Shown one piece after another: positions 10,794 to 19,127 of a DNA stretch of 64,000 nucleotides. Positions within the stretch are counted from its first letter, which is position 1. Each line of letters starts with the position of its first letter. Source of the DNA: Pyrodictiaceae archaeon (GTDB lineage: Archaea > Thermoproteota > Thermoprotei_A > Sulfolobales > Pyrodictiaceae); NCBI GenBank assembly GCA_027036135.1, contig JALVSY010000016.1, positions 384,001-448,000 of the forward strand. The letters run 5' to 3'. The notes beneath the pieces were generated by a model. The model saw only the letters and a program-made list of their open reading frames with translations. It was not told the origin of the DNA and did no database searches. A program made the position numbers and the translations under genes.

Positions 10794-11042
10794 TTATGCA
10801 TTGTCTAGCATCTCTGCTACTATCTTTTTCGCGTCAATAACGACTCTAACTCGTTTGCCCTCTAGGTCTTCGAGGATTTCCAAGAGGCTTAGCCCTGCAG
10901 TACCATTCCAGGCCTCGCTATGGATTCTCGTTAGCTCTCTCCAATTCCTCGTATCGATTTTCTCGGGATAAATGAACACGTCGTCACCAGCATATGGATA
11001 TATGTACAGATAACCCTCCACGACCTCAGCTCTGCGCCTCAT
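10794..11042 (-). CDS. Hypothetical protein
   Basis: 82-aa ORF with plausible composition. Confidence 0.55.
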   Translation of the reverse strand: MRRRAEVVEGYLYIYPYAGDDVFIYPEKIDTRNWRELTRIHSEAWNGTAGLSLLEILEDLEGKRVRVVIDAKKIVAEMLDNA

Positions 11043-11142
11043 ACGTCTATAGCCCCAAGAGGATTTGGAATAATAAAGGTAGTACTTATCGTTAGCCTTT
11101 TTGTACAGTACTGCATCCTTACAGTTCTTTTCTGGAGCTTAT

Positions 11143-11220
11143 CTTCTACTCTTTTACATGCCTCCTTTACAAGGATTATAATACGCGAAGAAAAACCCCG
11201 GTATCAACGAGAACAGTCAC
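11143..11220 (-). pseudogene. VapC (PIN) toxin N-terminal remnant
   Basis: GTG ACT GTT CTC GTT GAT ACC GGG GTT = MTVLVDTGV, directly after the antitoxin; sequence then degenerates. Confidence 0.5.
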
Positions 11221-11221
11221 C

Positions 11222-11463
11222 TTAGCCCTCACCGTAGAGTAGCCTGTCCACCTCTTCAGCGTTTGTCTCTTCTATGTCCCGTGCATAGCGTAGAGAGCCT
11301 AGAACAGTCTCCATGTCGCCTTGATGCTTTTCCAGGAACTCCTTCTCGGAACCTCTATAGCCCGTCTAAGGGTCTCGCTAAGACTCCACCCCATGAGCTT
11401 AGCTAGTCTCTCTAACCTCTTCTTATCCTCGATAGAGACCCTGATAGTCGTATACCTAGGCAT
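11222..11463 (-). pseudogene. VapB-type RHH antitoxin, frameshifted
   Basis: MPRYTTIRVSIEDKKRLERLAKLMGWSLSETLRRAIEV, then a shift to EKEFLEKHQG...EEVDRLLYGEG*; GGAGGT RBS. Confidence 0.65.
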
Positions 11464-11674
11464 CGTGACCTCCTCGAGAAGTAGATATGTTCTCCTTTAA
11501 GAATAAACACTACTATCTATATACATGTCAGGGTAGTAGTACGACACGACCACAAAACGGTGAAAGCCACCTCCTTTCCCAGATACAACGACGTATCAAG
11601 CCAAGAGTAGCTATAGGTACCATATAGGCTTTACTATTAGATAATGCCGCTCCTTTGTTTTCTCAACTCTCGTT

Positions 11675-11932
11675 CTACGAGGTGTTATGCTGTAGTACTT
11701 TCTCCAGGTCGTTTCTGTGGAAGTAGTAATAGGTCTTGCCAGCGACTAGTACAAGCTCCCTGAACCCCGCTCGGAGAACCTCCTCTATGAACTCACGGGG
11801 CAAGTCCACCAAGACAACATCATTCCTATCTGTCTCAACATAGATGCTCTCCTCCCGGATATCGACGCGGAACCCTCTGGCCTCGAGCGACCTGGCTAGC
11901 TCGGCTAGCCTTTCTCGAGGAGTACTACTCAA
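11675..11932 (-). CDS. Hypothetical protein, divergent from the RiPP-like cassette
   Basis: 85-aa ORF with TTG start, GGAGG upstream and a TATA-like TTTATAAA near 11970. Confidence 0.65.
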   Translation of the reverse strand: MSSTPRERLAELARSLEARGFRVDIREESIYVETDRNDVVLVDLPREFIEEVLRAGFRELVLVAGKTYYYFHRNDLEKVLQHNTS

Positions 11933-12017
11933 TGTTTCCGAGCCTCCAGTTGCTTACTGTTTACTATTTATAAAAATATGAAGCGAAGTATAATTTATTA
12001 TTCCTTATCCTTGTAAT

Positions 12018-12260
12018 TATATAATATATTAAATGGTGTGATATTTCGATTCTATAGAAACATATTATTTTATTAACAAATATATTGTATTTCTTATGAT
12101 TGCGTTTTAGCCTTATAGTGAAGTAGTAAACACACCTCTAACATTGTTTGCTGAATTCTCTTATACAACTCTTTTTATTGGTACTCTTTTCTATACTAGA
12201 GTGGTCTCTTATATATGTTTCTATAGAATCGAAATATCACACCATTTAATATATTATATA
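12018..12260. repeat. Perfect 48-bp inverted repeat (12018-12065 and 12213-12260) with a 147-bp AT-rich spacer
   Basis: tatataatatattaaatggtgtgatatttcgattctatagaaacatat is the exact reverse complement of atatgtttctatagaatcgaaatatcacaccatttaatatattatata (checked base by base). Confidence 0.95.
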
Positions 12261-12272
12261 CATATCTACTAT

Positions 12273-12306
12273 CGCTCTTCTTCTAACGAAGAAAGCGGCT
12301 GAGGGA
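12273..12306 (+). promoter_or_regulatory. Putative 5'-UTR hairpin followed by the RBS of the precursor peptide gene
   Basis: cgct-c-ttcttc/taac/gaagaa-agcg stem-loop, then GAGGGA at 12301-12306, 6 nt before ATG 12313. Confidence 0.5.
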
Positions 12307-12312
12307 TGTGTA

Positions 12313-12417
12313 ATGAAGGTCTTAAAAACCGAATATAAAAATCCCCAAATTCTAAAAGGAATGGAATTGTGTAGTGGAAAAGGAATTATATGTGGTGGTA
12401 ACGCAAGCGTCTACTAA
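12313..12417 (+). CDS. Putative RiPP precursor peptide (34 aa: MKVLKTEYKNPQILKGMELCSGKGIICGGNASVY)
   Basis: Manual translation; RBS present; ends 23 nt before the rSAM start; YxxPxI motif; Cys/Gly-rich C-terminal half. Confidence 0.75.
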   Translation: MKVLKTEYKNPQILKGMELCSGKGIICGGNASVY

Positions 12418-12440
12418 GAAGGTTAGAGAGGTGTGGCAGA

Positions 12441-13928
12441 ATGGCAAACCAATCCATTCTTTTTTCTTCAATAAAATATGTGGTTCATGTACCTTCTCTA
12501 CAGATACAGAAAATGCTTGATCCACAAGTTTTTAAGAAAGAGGTCTCTTTTATTTTCCATCCGTATTCTATGTCGTTTATAGAGGCTTCGTTACAAGAAG
12601 CTGAGATAATTAAACTTCTCGAGGAAGGTGTACCTCTTAATAAAATTAAAGAATTATATGGTGCCGATTCTTTAAGAGTAATTAATGAAGTTGAAGAAAT
12701 AATTAAGGATCTTTATCCCAAAGAAATCATTAAATTTAACAAGCCAACAGTACTATGGTTACTTACATCGCCGTTTTGTAATTTAAGATGCCGCTATTGT
12801 TATACTGCTTCTGGCTCTGCCTTTTGGTCGTCTTCAAGAATATTAAATATTGATGAACTCGTTAAAGCGGTTGAGAAAATACTTGATGCTTTTCCAACAA
12901 TAAAACATATCGCTTTCTTTGGAGGAGGAGAGCCATTATTAAGGCTAGATATTATTAAAGTAATAACTGAAAAATTTGAAAATAATATAGAGATATTCTC
13001 TATTACTACTAATGGTACATTAATTAATAATGATATTATTGAGTTTATAGAAAACTATAAAAATAAGTTTATATTAACTTTGAGTATTGATGGTCCAAGG
13101 ATAGTTAACGACATTAATAGAATATATCCTGACGGTAGAGGCACTTTTAACGATATAGTAAAGGGCATAGAATTGCTAAAAGAGCATGGGCTCATGTTTG
13201 ATATACAGGCGACGTATACAAGAGAAGCTTTCATGTTAGGGTATTCAATGAGCGATATAGCATATTTCCTGAGTAGATTTTCTCCGTATATAATGCTTAG
13301 ACCTTCTGATTACGTTGCAACTCTAGGTGCTGGTGAAAGATTTGAGGATGCTATGTTAGGTTTCATGCTTGCTGATTATGTAGATAAATCAATAATGGAA
13401 ATGCTCAAAAGGGATCCCACATATTATGACCTTGTCATAGCCATGAATATCGCGCAAATTGGTAGACGAGTAATTAAACTCCAGGCTTGTCCGTATACAA
13501 GCTTTATAACCCTTAACGCTGATGGCAGAATTTATACTTGTCATATGTTGACAGATTTTGTTATAGGAAATATTTTAAAAACGTCTAAAAAGGATATTAA
13601 AGAAAAATATGAAAAAGCATTAAAGATTCTAGACATATATACTCAGAAGCTTGACCCTCGCCTTTTCTGGATGCTTACGATGCAAGATATATGTCCAGCA
13701 GAGCTTTATGGCGGGCTAAGCTATGTAAGTAAGGGTGGAAATAAGAAACTCGGCCTTAGACCGTATATAAGGTCCGTCTTAGAGAACTATTGGGACGCCT
13801 TACTTGTTAAAATTTTCAGCTCTGCACGCAATGGAGACCTAGATAGGCTATATGAAAACGTCGGCAAGATGCTTATGGCACGGCGGCAAGGAAGAGAGGG
13901 ATTAAGCCGACTGGTGAATGCATATTGA
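12441..13928 (+). CDS. Radical SAM peptide maturase with putative N-terminal RRE and reduced SPASM/twitch domain
   Basis: CNLRCRYC, FFGGGEPLL, ITTNGTL, LSIDGP...ND..R....GRGTF (anSME/SPASM-type core); C-x16-C (GRIYTC)...IGNI...CP; about 100-aa N-terminal extension; GAGGTG RBS. Confidence 0.88.
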   Translation: MANQSILFSSIKYVVHVPSLQIQKMLDPQVFKKEVSFIFHPYSMSFIEASLQEAEIIKLLEEGVPLNKIKELYGADSLRVINEVEEIIKDLYPKEIIKFNKPTVLWLLTSPFCNLRCRYCYTASGSAFWSSSRILNIDELVKAVEKILDAFPTIKHIAFFGGGEPLLRLDIIKVITEKFENNIEIFSITTNGTLINNDIIEFIENYKNKFILTLSIDGPRIVNDINRIYPDGRGTFNDIVKGIELLKEHGLMFDIQATYTREAFMLGYSMSDIAYFLSRFSPYIMLRPSDYVATLGAGERFEDAMLGFMLADYVDKSIMEMLKRDPTYYDLVIAMNIAQIGRRVIKLQACPYTSFITLNADGRIYTCHMLTDFVIGNILKTSKKDIKEKYEKALKILDIYTQKLDPRLFWMLTMQDICPAELYGGLSYVSKGGNKKLGLRPYIRSVLENYWDALLVKIFSSARNGDLDRLYENVGKMLMARRQGREGLSRLVNAY

Positions 13929-15640
13929 GGAATATGGGAAGACGTTATGTTAAATACGTACTGGGCTTTGCGTACCGGGTTACGCGGAGATACTCGTTAC
14001 TCGTTAGCCTAGTGGCGCTTGTTGTTTGGATTGTTTTGCTCCTTGTCTTCTTCTACTACACACTTGTTATGAAGGGCTTCATAGACTACCTCGTGTCCCT
14101 CCTCCAGGCTACTAGGACTAGCTGGTTCTATGGAATCCTTCGCTACGCTGCTATCTTGCTCGGGTTATGGGGCCTGAAGTATGGCTTGAATATTCTTGGA
14201 GAGTACTCGTTGAGGCTTACTGGCTTAGCGGCTCTAGAGGGCTTGGCTACCGAGTTTATTAGGAGCCTTGCCTGGGCTAGGCCGAGCAAGCTCCCCGAGA
14301 GAGGTGATATTGTTGGCCGCTTCATGTCTGATCTTAGCCGTGTATCGGAGCTGGGAGGTTTTCTTGCCTCCCTTGGAGTCCAGGTAGCTAGGATAGTTAT
14401 TGGCTCGGTGCTCCTCTATGTTCTCAGCCCAGTTCTCTTCGCGGTCACCTTGGTAATTGTGCCGATCTATTATGTTGTGTTCAGGGTTAGTAGTGGGAAG
14501 CTAGCAGCTGTCTCCGAGAAGGAGAGACGAGCCTTCTCGAAATTATCGATGGTTTTCCGGGAGTTTGTTGAGGGTATTCTCCACGTGAAGACTCTGTCTC
14601 GTATGCGTAGTTATCTTGGCTCGGTTTCGGAGAGGAATGTTCGCTCGTGGGGGTCTAGGCTCCGTAGCGTGTTCTTCTACGATGTGTTCTTTAACCAGAG
14701 CTTTAATAGCCTATACGACATAGTGAGGCTAGTTGTGCTGATAATCGGCGGCTTCCTGGTAGCGAGGGGCGAGACAACTATTGGCAGCGTAATAGCGTTC
14801 ACGAATGCTGTCTACAACGTATTCGAGCCAATAGCGAACATATCGTACTCCTTCGCAGCCCTCGGCGAGCTCTATCCCTATGTGAAGAGAGTTGAGGAGA
14901 TACTAAGACTAGAACCTGAGCGCGATACTGGTGAGAAACTAGGCCGTGTAGACAGCATTGAGGCACGCGATGTCGTGGTAGAGGTGGATGATCACGTACT
15001 ACTCAATGGGGCATCGCTGACCGTGAAGAGAGGCCGCATATACGCGGTTATGGGGTCCACGGGGGCCGGGAAGACGACGCTTCTCCTAACTCTTATCAGG
15101 CTCTATGAACCCGGCAAGGGAGTGATAAGGATAAATGGTCGCGATTATCGTGTCTATAGTGTTTCCTCTCTCCGCGAGAAAATAATCTACTTGCCTCAGC
15201 AGCCCCTCGTGCTCCGAGCAAGTATTAGAGACAACATAGCTCTCGGCGAGCCCTTGCCAGACGATGCAATTTGGCGTGCACTAAGACTAGCAGCCGTGGA
15301 CTTCGTCACGAGCCTAGACGAGGTCGTGGACCCATCGAAGCTGAGTGACGGGCAGAAGCAGAGACTGGCACTAGCCCGGGCCCTAGCCCATAGCCCGGAG
15401 GTGTTGCTCCTGGATGAGGCGTTGAACGCTGTGGATGAGCAGACAGAGGCGCGTATACTAGCGAGCCTGCGCAACGAGGTGGCAAGTGATAGGCTGGGGG
15501 CAGTAGTGATTGTAACGCATCGCTCAGCAACACTGAGTAGCGTTGACCATGTATACGTGTTGGAGAATGGAAGGGTGATGTGTGAGGGGGAGCCGCGAGG
15601 AGTGCTCGGAAAATGCAATAGGGCAGCGCTGCATGTGTAG
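13925..15640 (+). CDS. ABC exporter, fused permease and ATPase
   Basis: N-terminal TM domain; Walker A GSTGAGKT; signature-like LSDGQKQR; Walker B LLLDE; overlaps the rSAM stop. Confidence 0.9.
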   Translation: MRNMGRRYVKYVLGFAYRVTRRYSLLVSLVALVVWIVLLLVFFYYTLVMKGFIDYLVSLLQATRTSWFYGILRYAAILLGLWGLKYGLNILGEYSLRLTGLAALEGLATEFIRSLAWARPSKLPERGDIVGRFMSDLSRVSELGGFLASLGVQVARIVIGSVLLYVLSPVLFAVTLVIVPIYYVVFRVSSGKLAAVSEKERRAFSKLSMVFREFVEGILHVKTLSRMRSYLGSVSERNVRSWGSRLRSVFFYDVFFNQSFNSLYDIVRLVVLIIGGFLVARGETTIGSVIAFTNAVYNVFEPIANISYSFAALGELYPYVKRVEEILRLEPERDTGEKLGRVDSIEARDVVVEVDDHVLLNGASLTVKRGRIYAVMGSTGAGKTTLLLTLIRLYEPGKGVIRINGRDYRVYSVSSLREKIIYLPQQPLVLRASIRDNIALGEPLPDDAIWRALRLAAVDFVTSLDEVVDPSKLSDGQKQRLALARALAHSPEVLLLDEALNAVDEQTEARILASLRNEVASDRLGAVVIVTHRSATLSSVDHVYVLENGRVMCEGEPRGVLGKCNRAALHV

Positions 15641-15667
15641 TACTGTGCTGAGCGGAAGCAGTAATGC

Positions 15668-16486
15668 TTATCTCGTCTTCGGCTTTATGACTAGCTTGTC
15701 GCTTATCCCTACTCCTAGCTTCTCGGCTGCGCTGCCAAGGTTTATTGCTAGCTCGGGGAACCCTAGGCTATTAGTGTAGAATACTAGCTCGCCTGGCGAA
15801 GCGGCACTGAACACTGGCAGGCACTTGGCCTCGAACCTGCCAGTACTTGTGATTACTTCTACCCTGCTGCCTCCCTTGCTGCATAGTTTCTCTATGCACT
15901 CTTCCTCTAGGCCTAGTGCAACGTTGCCGAAATGATCTATGTAGACAGCCTCTGCCTCAACCTCCTCGCCTCTACAAGGCTTTCTAAGGCTCAGCTTGAC
16001 TAGCTCGTCCCTGGGCAGCTCGTGGCCCAGCGAGGTTATTGGTGTGCCTAGTGCTAGGAGGGTCGCTGCGGGCGCGAACACGTCTCTTCCATGGAAGCTC
16101 CTTGAAACGGGTTTGAGGAATACCGCCTCATTATCAATCACGTGTGCTCTTTCTATCCCGTCGCTGCTAGCTGCTGGGTAAAGCACACCGTTATCCGGCC
16201 CGACGAAGTAATAGTTCCTAGTAGCAATGGCTACTGCTTTACGCTCAGTACCTACCCCGGGATCCACGACGACAAGGAAAACAGTGCCTCGTGGAAAGTA
16301 CTTGTAGCTCGTATAGAGCACATAGGCCCCAGCTACAATGCTGAAGGCTGGCACATCGTGAGTAATATCAACTACGCGTACTCTCCCCCTACCAATGCGC
16401 TCAATAACAGCCCTTACTATCCCCACGTAGGGGTCACGCCACCCAAAATCAGTCATGAAGCCGATTAGCGGCTGTGGATTAATCAC
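15668..16486 (-). CDS. SAM hydroxide adenosyltransferase (DUF62, SAM hydrolase/halogenase family)
   Basis: TDFGWRDPYVG, VVDPGVGTER, GPDNGVL, SFHGRDVFAP and YIDHFGNV motifs. Confidence 0.93.
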   Translation of the reverse strand: MINPQPLIGFMTDFGWRDPYVGIVRAVIERIGRGRVRVVDITHDVPAFSIVAGAYVLYTSYKYFPRGTVFLVVVDPGVGTERKAVAIATRNYYFVGPDNGVLYPAASSDGIERAHVIDNEAVFLKPVSRSFHGRDVFAPAATLLALGTPITSLGHELPRDELVKLSLRKPCRGEEVEAEAVYIDHFGNVALGLEEECIEKLCSKGGSRVEVITSTGRFEAKCLPVFSAASPGELVFYTNSLGFPELAINLGSAAEKLGVGISDKLVIKPKTR

Positions 16487-16531
16487 CTCGGGGTCACCAC
16501 TTAGTATCCTGGGGCAGTGCCCCTCCTTGTA

Positions 16532-17002
16532 CTATGCCCTGGCCGAGGCGAGGAGTTTAGCGAATCCCGCTATCTTCACCGTATTCCCTGCCAGGGGCAG
16601 AACAGCGAGCCTATGATCAACCAGCACCAGTGCGAGGGTTAAGACGAAGAACGACACACCTACCAGGAACATTGCTGCCCCGGCCCCGTCTACCTCGGCG
16701 AAGTCCCTTGAGAGCGGTATACCAACTACTAGCTCAACATAGTAGGCAGCCACTATGAATAAGCCTGCTTCCCTTACACCGAGTAACCCTAGATAGGCTG
16801 CTGCAATACCTATACCCGCTAATAGGAGTGCCAGCGGCGACACAGTCTCCATAACTCTCTTGGCGCGCTTCGTACCCCTGCTATAACCTATGTACGCCAC
16901 CAATCCAATAGGAAACAATGATGCTAGGAGAGCTATGGTGCTGGATCCAAACAAATACCGTATATCGTTAAGGTATATGCCCAGCAACAACGCCTCTATC
17001 AC
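16532..17002 (-). CDS. Hypothetical membrane protein
   Basis: Multiple hydrophobic segments; start may lie further upstream. Confidence 0.65.
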   Translation of the reverse strand: MIEALLLGIYLNDIRYLFGSSTIALLASLFPIGLVAYIGYSRGTKRAKRVMETVSPLALLLAGIGIAAAYLGLLGVREAGLFIVAAYYVELVVGIPLSRDFAEVDGAGAAMFLVGVSFFVLTLALVLVDHRLAVLPLAGNTVKIAGFAKLLASARA

Positions 17003-17422
17003 AAAGCCAGCAACCAGGCTCGCTACATTACCTAGGAAGAGGTAGAACTCAGTGCTTCTTAGAACCCGTACCAGGTTCGGTACCCGCGAACAAGAGAGGA
17101 CACAACCACATATTTAACACTTGTTTAAATCAGCGAGTGCAAGGGCTCCACATAGACGAAAAACACCTTCGGAAGGCTCAGGCGCTCATCACCTAGCCAC
17201 CCGAGGACTATAGCCTAGTCTTCAGCGGATTTCAGTATAACGGGTCGCCGGAAGACAATACTTCTCCCGGGTTCATGAAGCATCAGACGCGTGTCTCCTC
17301 TATTAATGCTAGTAGGAAACATGGGTGAAGTGAGAGCGCTCAGAAAAGGGCCTCTTAGTCTCTAAGAACATAGTAAGTACTAAGAGGTTCTGCTTTAATC
17401 CATATAACGCGGGTACGAAGAT

Positions 17423-17587
17423 ATGCCTAGCAGTGCTGTAAGACTGCGACTATCTAAAAACGCCATGGAAAAACTCTTTGGTTCCAGAAAAGCCGGCATA
17501 TCAAAAGGTATCGAGAGAGTTCTTGAAAAGTACTCAGAGAAAGTCGAAGATGATATGTTAAAGGAGTTTCTCAAGGAGAGGAGGTAG
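17423..17587 (+). CDS. Putative antitoxin (54 aa) upstream of VapC
   Basis: Manual translation MPSSAVRLRLSKNAMEKLFG...DDMLKEFLKERR*; the ERR C-terminus is typical of archaeal VapB; 9 nt before vapC. Confidence 0.6.
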   Translation: MPSSAVRLRLSKNAMEKLFGSRKAGISKGIERVLEKYSEKVEDDMLKEFLKERR

Positions 17588-17596
17588 CCTAGATCA

Positions 17597-18052
17597 ATGA
17601 ACTTGGTGATCGATGTATCGGTTTTTATTGATAGGCTATTCATCTATGACGAAGAACGTAGCCTTAGAGCACGTACCTTATTCAGACTAGTTGATGATAG
17701 AGGTTTAAACATCTTTGAACCTCCGGTATTTGGCATAGAGCTTGCTTCACAGCTTGTCCGAAGAAAACCTCGAAGCCTGGCAGAAGAATTGTATAACGAG
17801 ATAATAGACAGAGTCGTCATCATAGACGACATAGATTATGACCTTCTCCTAGATATTGCTTTGTCTACTGCTTGCAGAGCTATAGATACATACTATATAG
17901 CTGTTGCCCACATGTTCTCCGGCATACTAGTCAGCGCCGATAAAATAATGATTAATAACGCGAGAAAATATGGAGTAGAAGCATACTACATACACGACAT
18001 AAATGATTATAGCTCATTAATATCAAGAATTAGCCAGGATACAAGATGGTAA
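17597..18052 (+). CDS. vapC: VapC family PIN-domain toxin
   Basis: LVIDVSVFI, E, RAIDTYYIAVA and LVSAD acidic PIN motifs. Confidence 0.85.
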   Translation: MNLVIDVSVFIDRLFIYDEERSLRARTLFRLVDDRGLNIFEPPVFGIELASQLVRRKPRSLAEELYNEIIDRVVIIDDIDYDLLLDIALSTACRAIDTYYIAVAHMFSGILVSADKIMINNARKYGVEAYYIHDINDYSSLISRISQDTRW

Positions 18053-18112
18053 TAGGCACCAACCTAGGCTCACTTAGTAATAAGATACGGTATAGAAGCC
18101 AATCTATGCATG

Positions 18113-18652
18113 CTAGCATGGCTTTATCTTCCTGGGTGCTCTACTACGTCTATGGCTAGGGCTATTCCTATTGCCACAAATGGGTGTAGCCTTTCCTTGT
18201 CTAGCATCATTATGGTGTATGAGTCTCTTATGCTGAGCCATTTTCTCCCCGACCTCTGCCAGCACCTCGTCGCTCACATAGTCTAGTATCTCGTAGTTGT
18301 GGCACGTGAAGTCGCCTTTAACTCTGTACTTTTTCTTGTCGCTCGTGTCTTTGAACCAGTACTCGGAGCCGATGAACTTCAATACTTTCTTCTTTAGCGT
18401 GCCTCTGATAGCCCCCTGCAAGTCAATGAACGCTATGTCTCAGCGAAGGCTTAATGCTTTGCCCTCGAGTCTCTCTACGATGTTTTCCTCAGAGCCAGTA
18501 ATGGTTACCTTTGGGCCGAAGCTTAGTAGCTTCCTAGTAGCCCTGCCGAGCTCGGTTCCATCAAAGTCCTTTATGATATAGGTATCGCGGAGAGCTAATA
18601 GCTTCTGATCAATTATGTACTTATCGAGAGTGAAAATATAGGGAGTTAACAT
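18113..18652 (-). pseudogene. LURP-one/scramblase-like gene, broken
   Basis: YIIDQKLLALRDTYIIKDFDG...KLLSFGPK and KKKVLKFIGSEYW...VKGDF..HNYEI fragments are split by a stop and frameshifts. Confidence 0.6.
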
Positions 18653-18944
18653 AGTATGTTACCCGGTGCCATTATACTACTTGTATAAGGAGCAAAATAT
18701 ATTACGTAGCATAGCTAGCCTAAGGGATTCCATTATTACCATGTGCTGTTTACGGAGCTTATCATGTAGTGCTACTCTTGTTCCTTATCCCTGGGAGGCT
18801 AAAATAATCACGTGCATCGAACCCAGCCCGTTGCTCGACATGTACATAGTATCCTAGCCCAAATGTTCTAGTAACTCTTTTAGTACTAAGGTGTCCTATT
18901 AAAGGAGGAAAAGTGAAGTACTGTATCTTGGTGGGTGTAGGAGC

Positions 18945-19127
18945 GTGAGTGTTAGCGTTGAGGAGCTTAGAAAAATAGTGAGAGAGGAGGTCAGGAGAGC
19001 CCTTCTTGAAGCCTTAATCGAGTTGCTCCCCTATGTGGACGAGGAGGAGCAAAAGGAAGTGGAGAAGCTTGCTGGCAAGCCTAGCGATTATAAGGAGGAG
19101 GATTTTGTGGAATGGAGTGGTCGGTAA
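18945..19127 (+). CDS. Putative antitoxin partner of RelE
   Basis: 60-aa acidic protein overlapping the relE start. Confidence 0.65.
   Translation: MSVSVEELRKIVREEVRRALLEALIELLPYVDEEEQKEVEKLAGKPSDYKEEDFVEWSGR

Noticed and set aside
12018-12260. Inverted repeat region as a replication origin
   Set aside because: It is AT-rich with inverted elements, but there is no clear ORB consensus with a G-string and no cdc6/whiP gene in the window.
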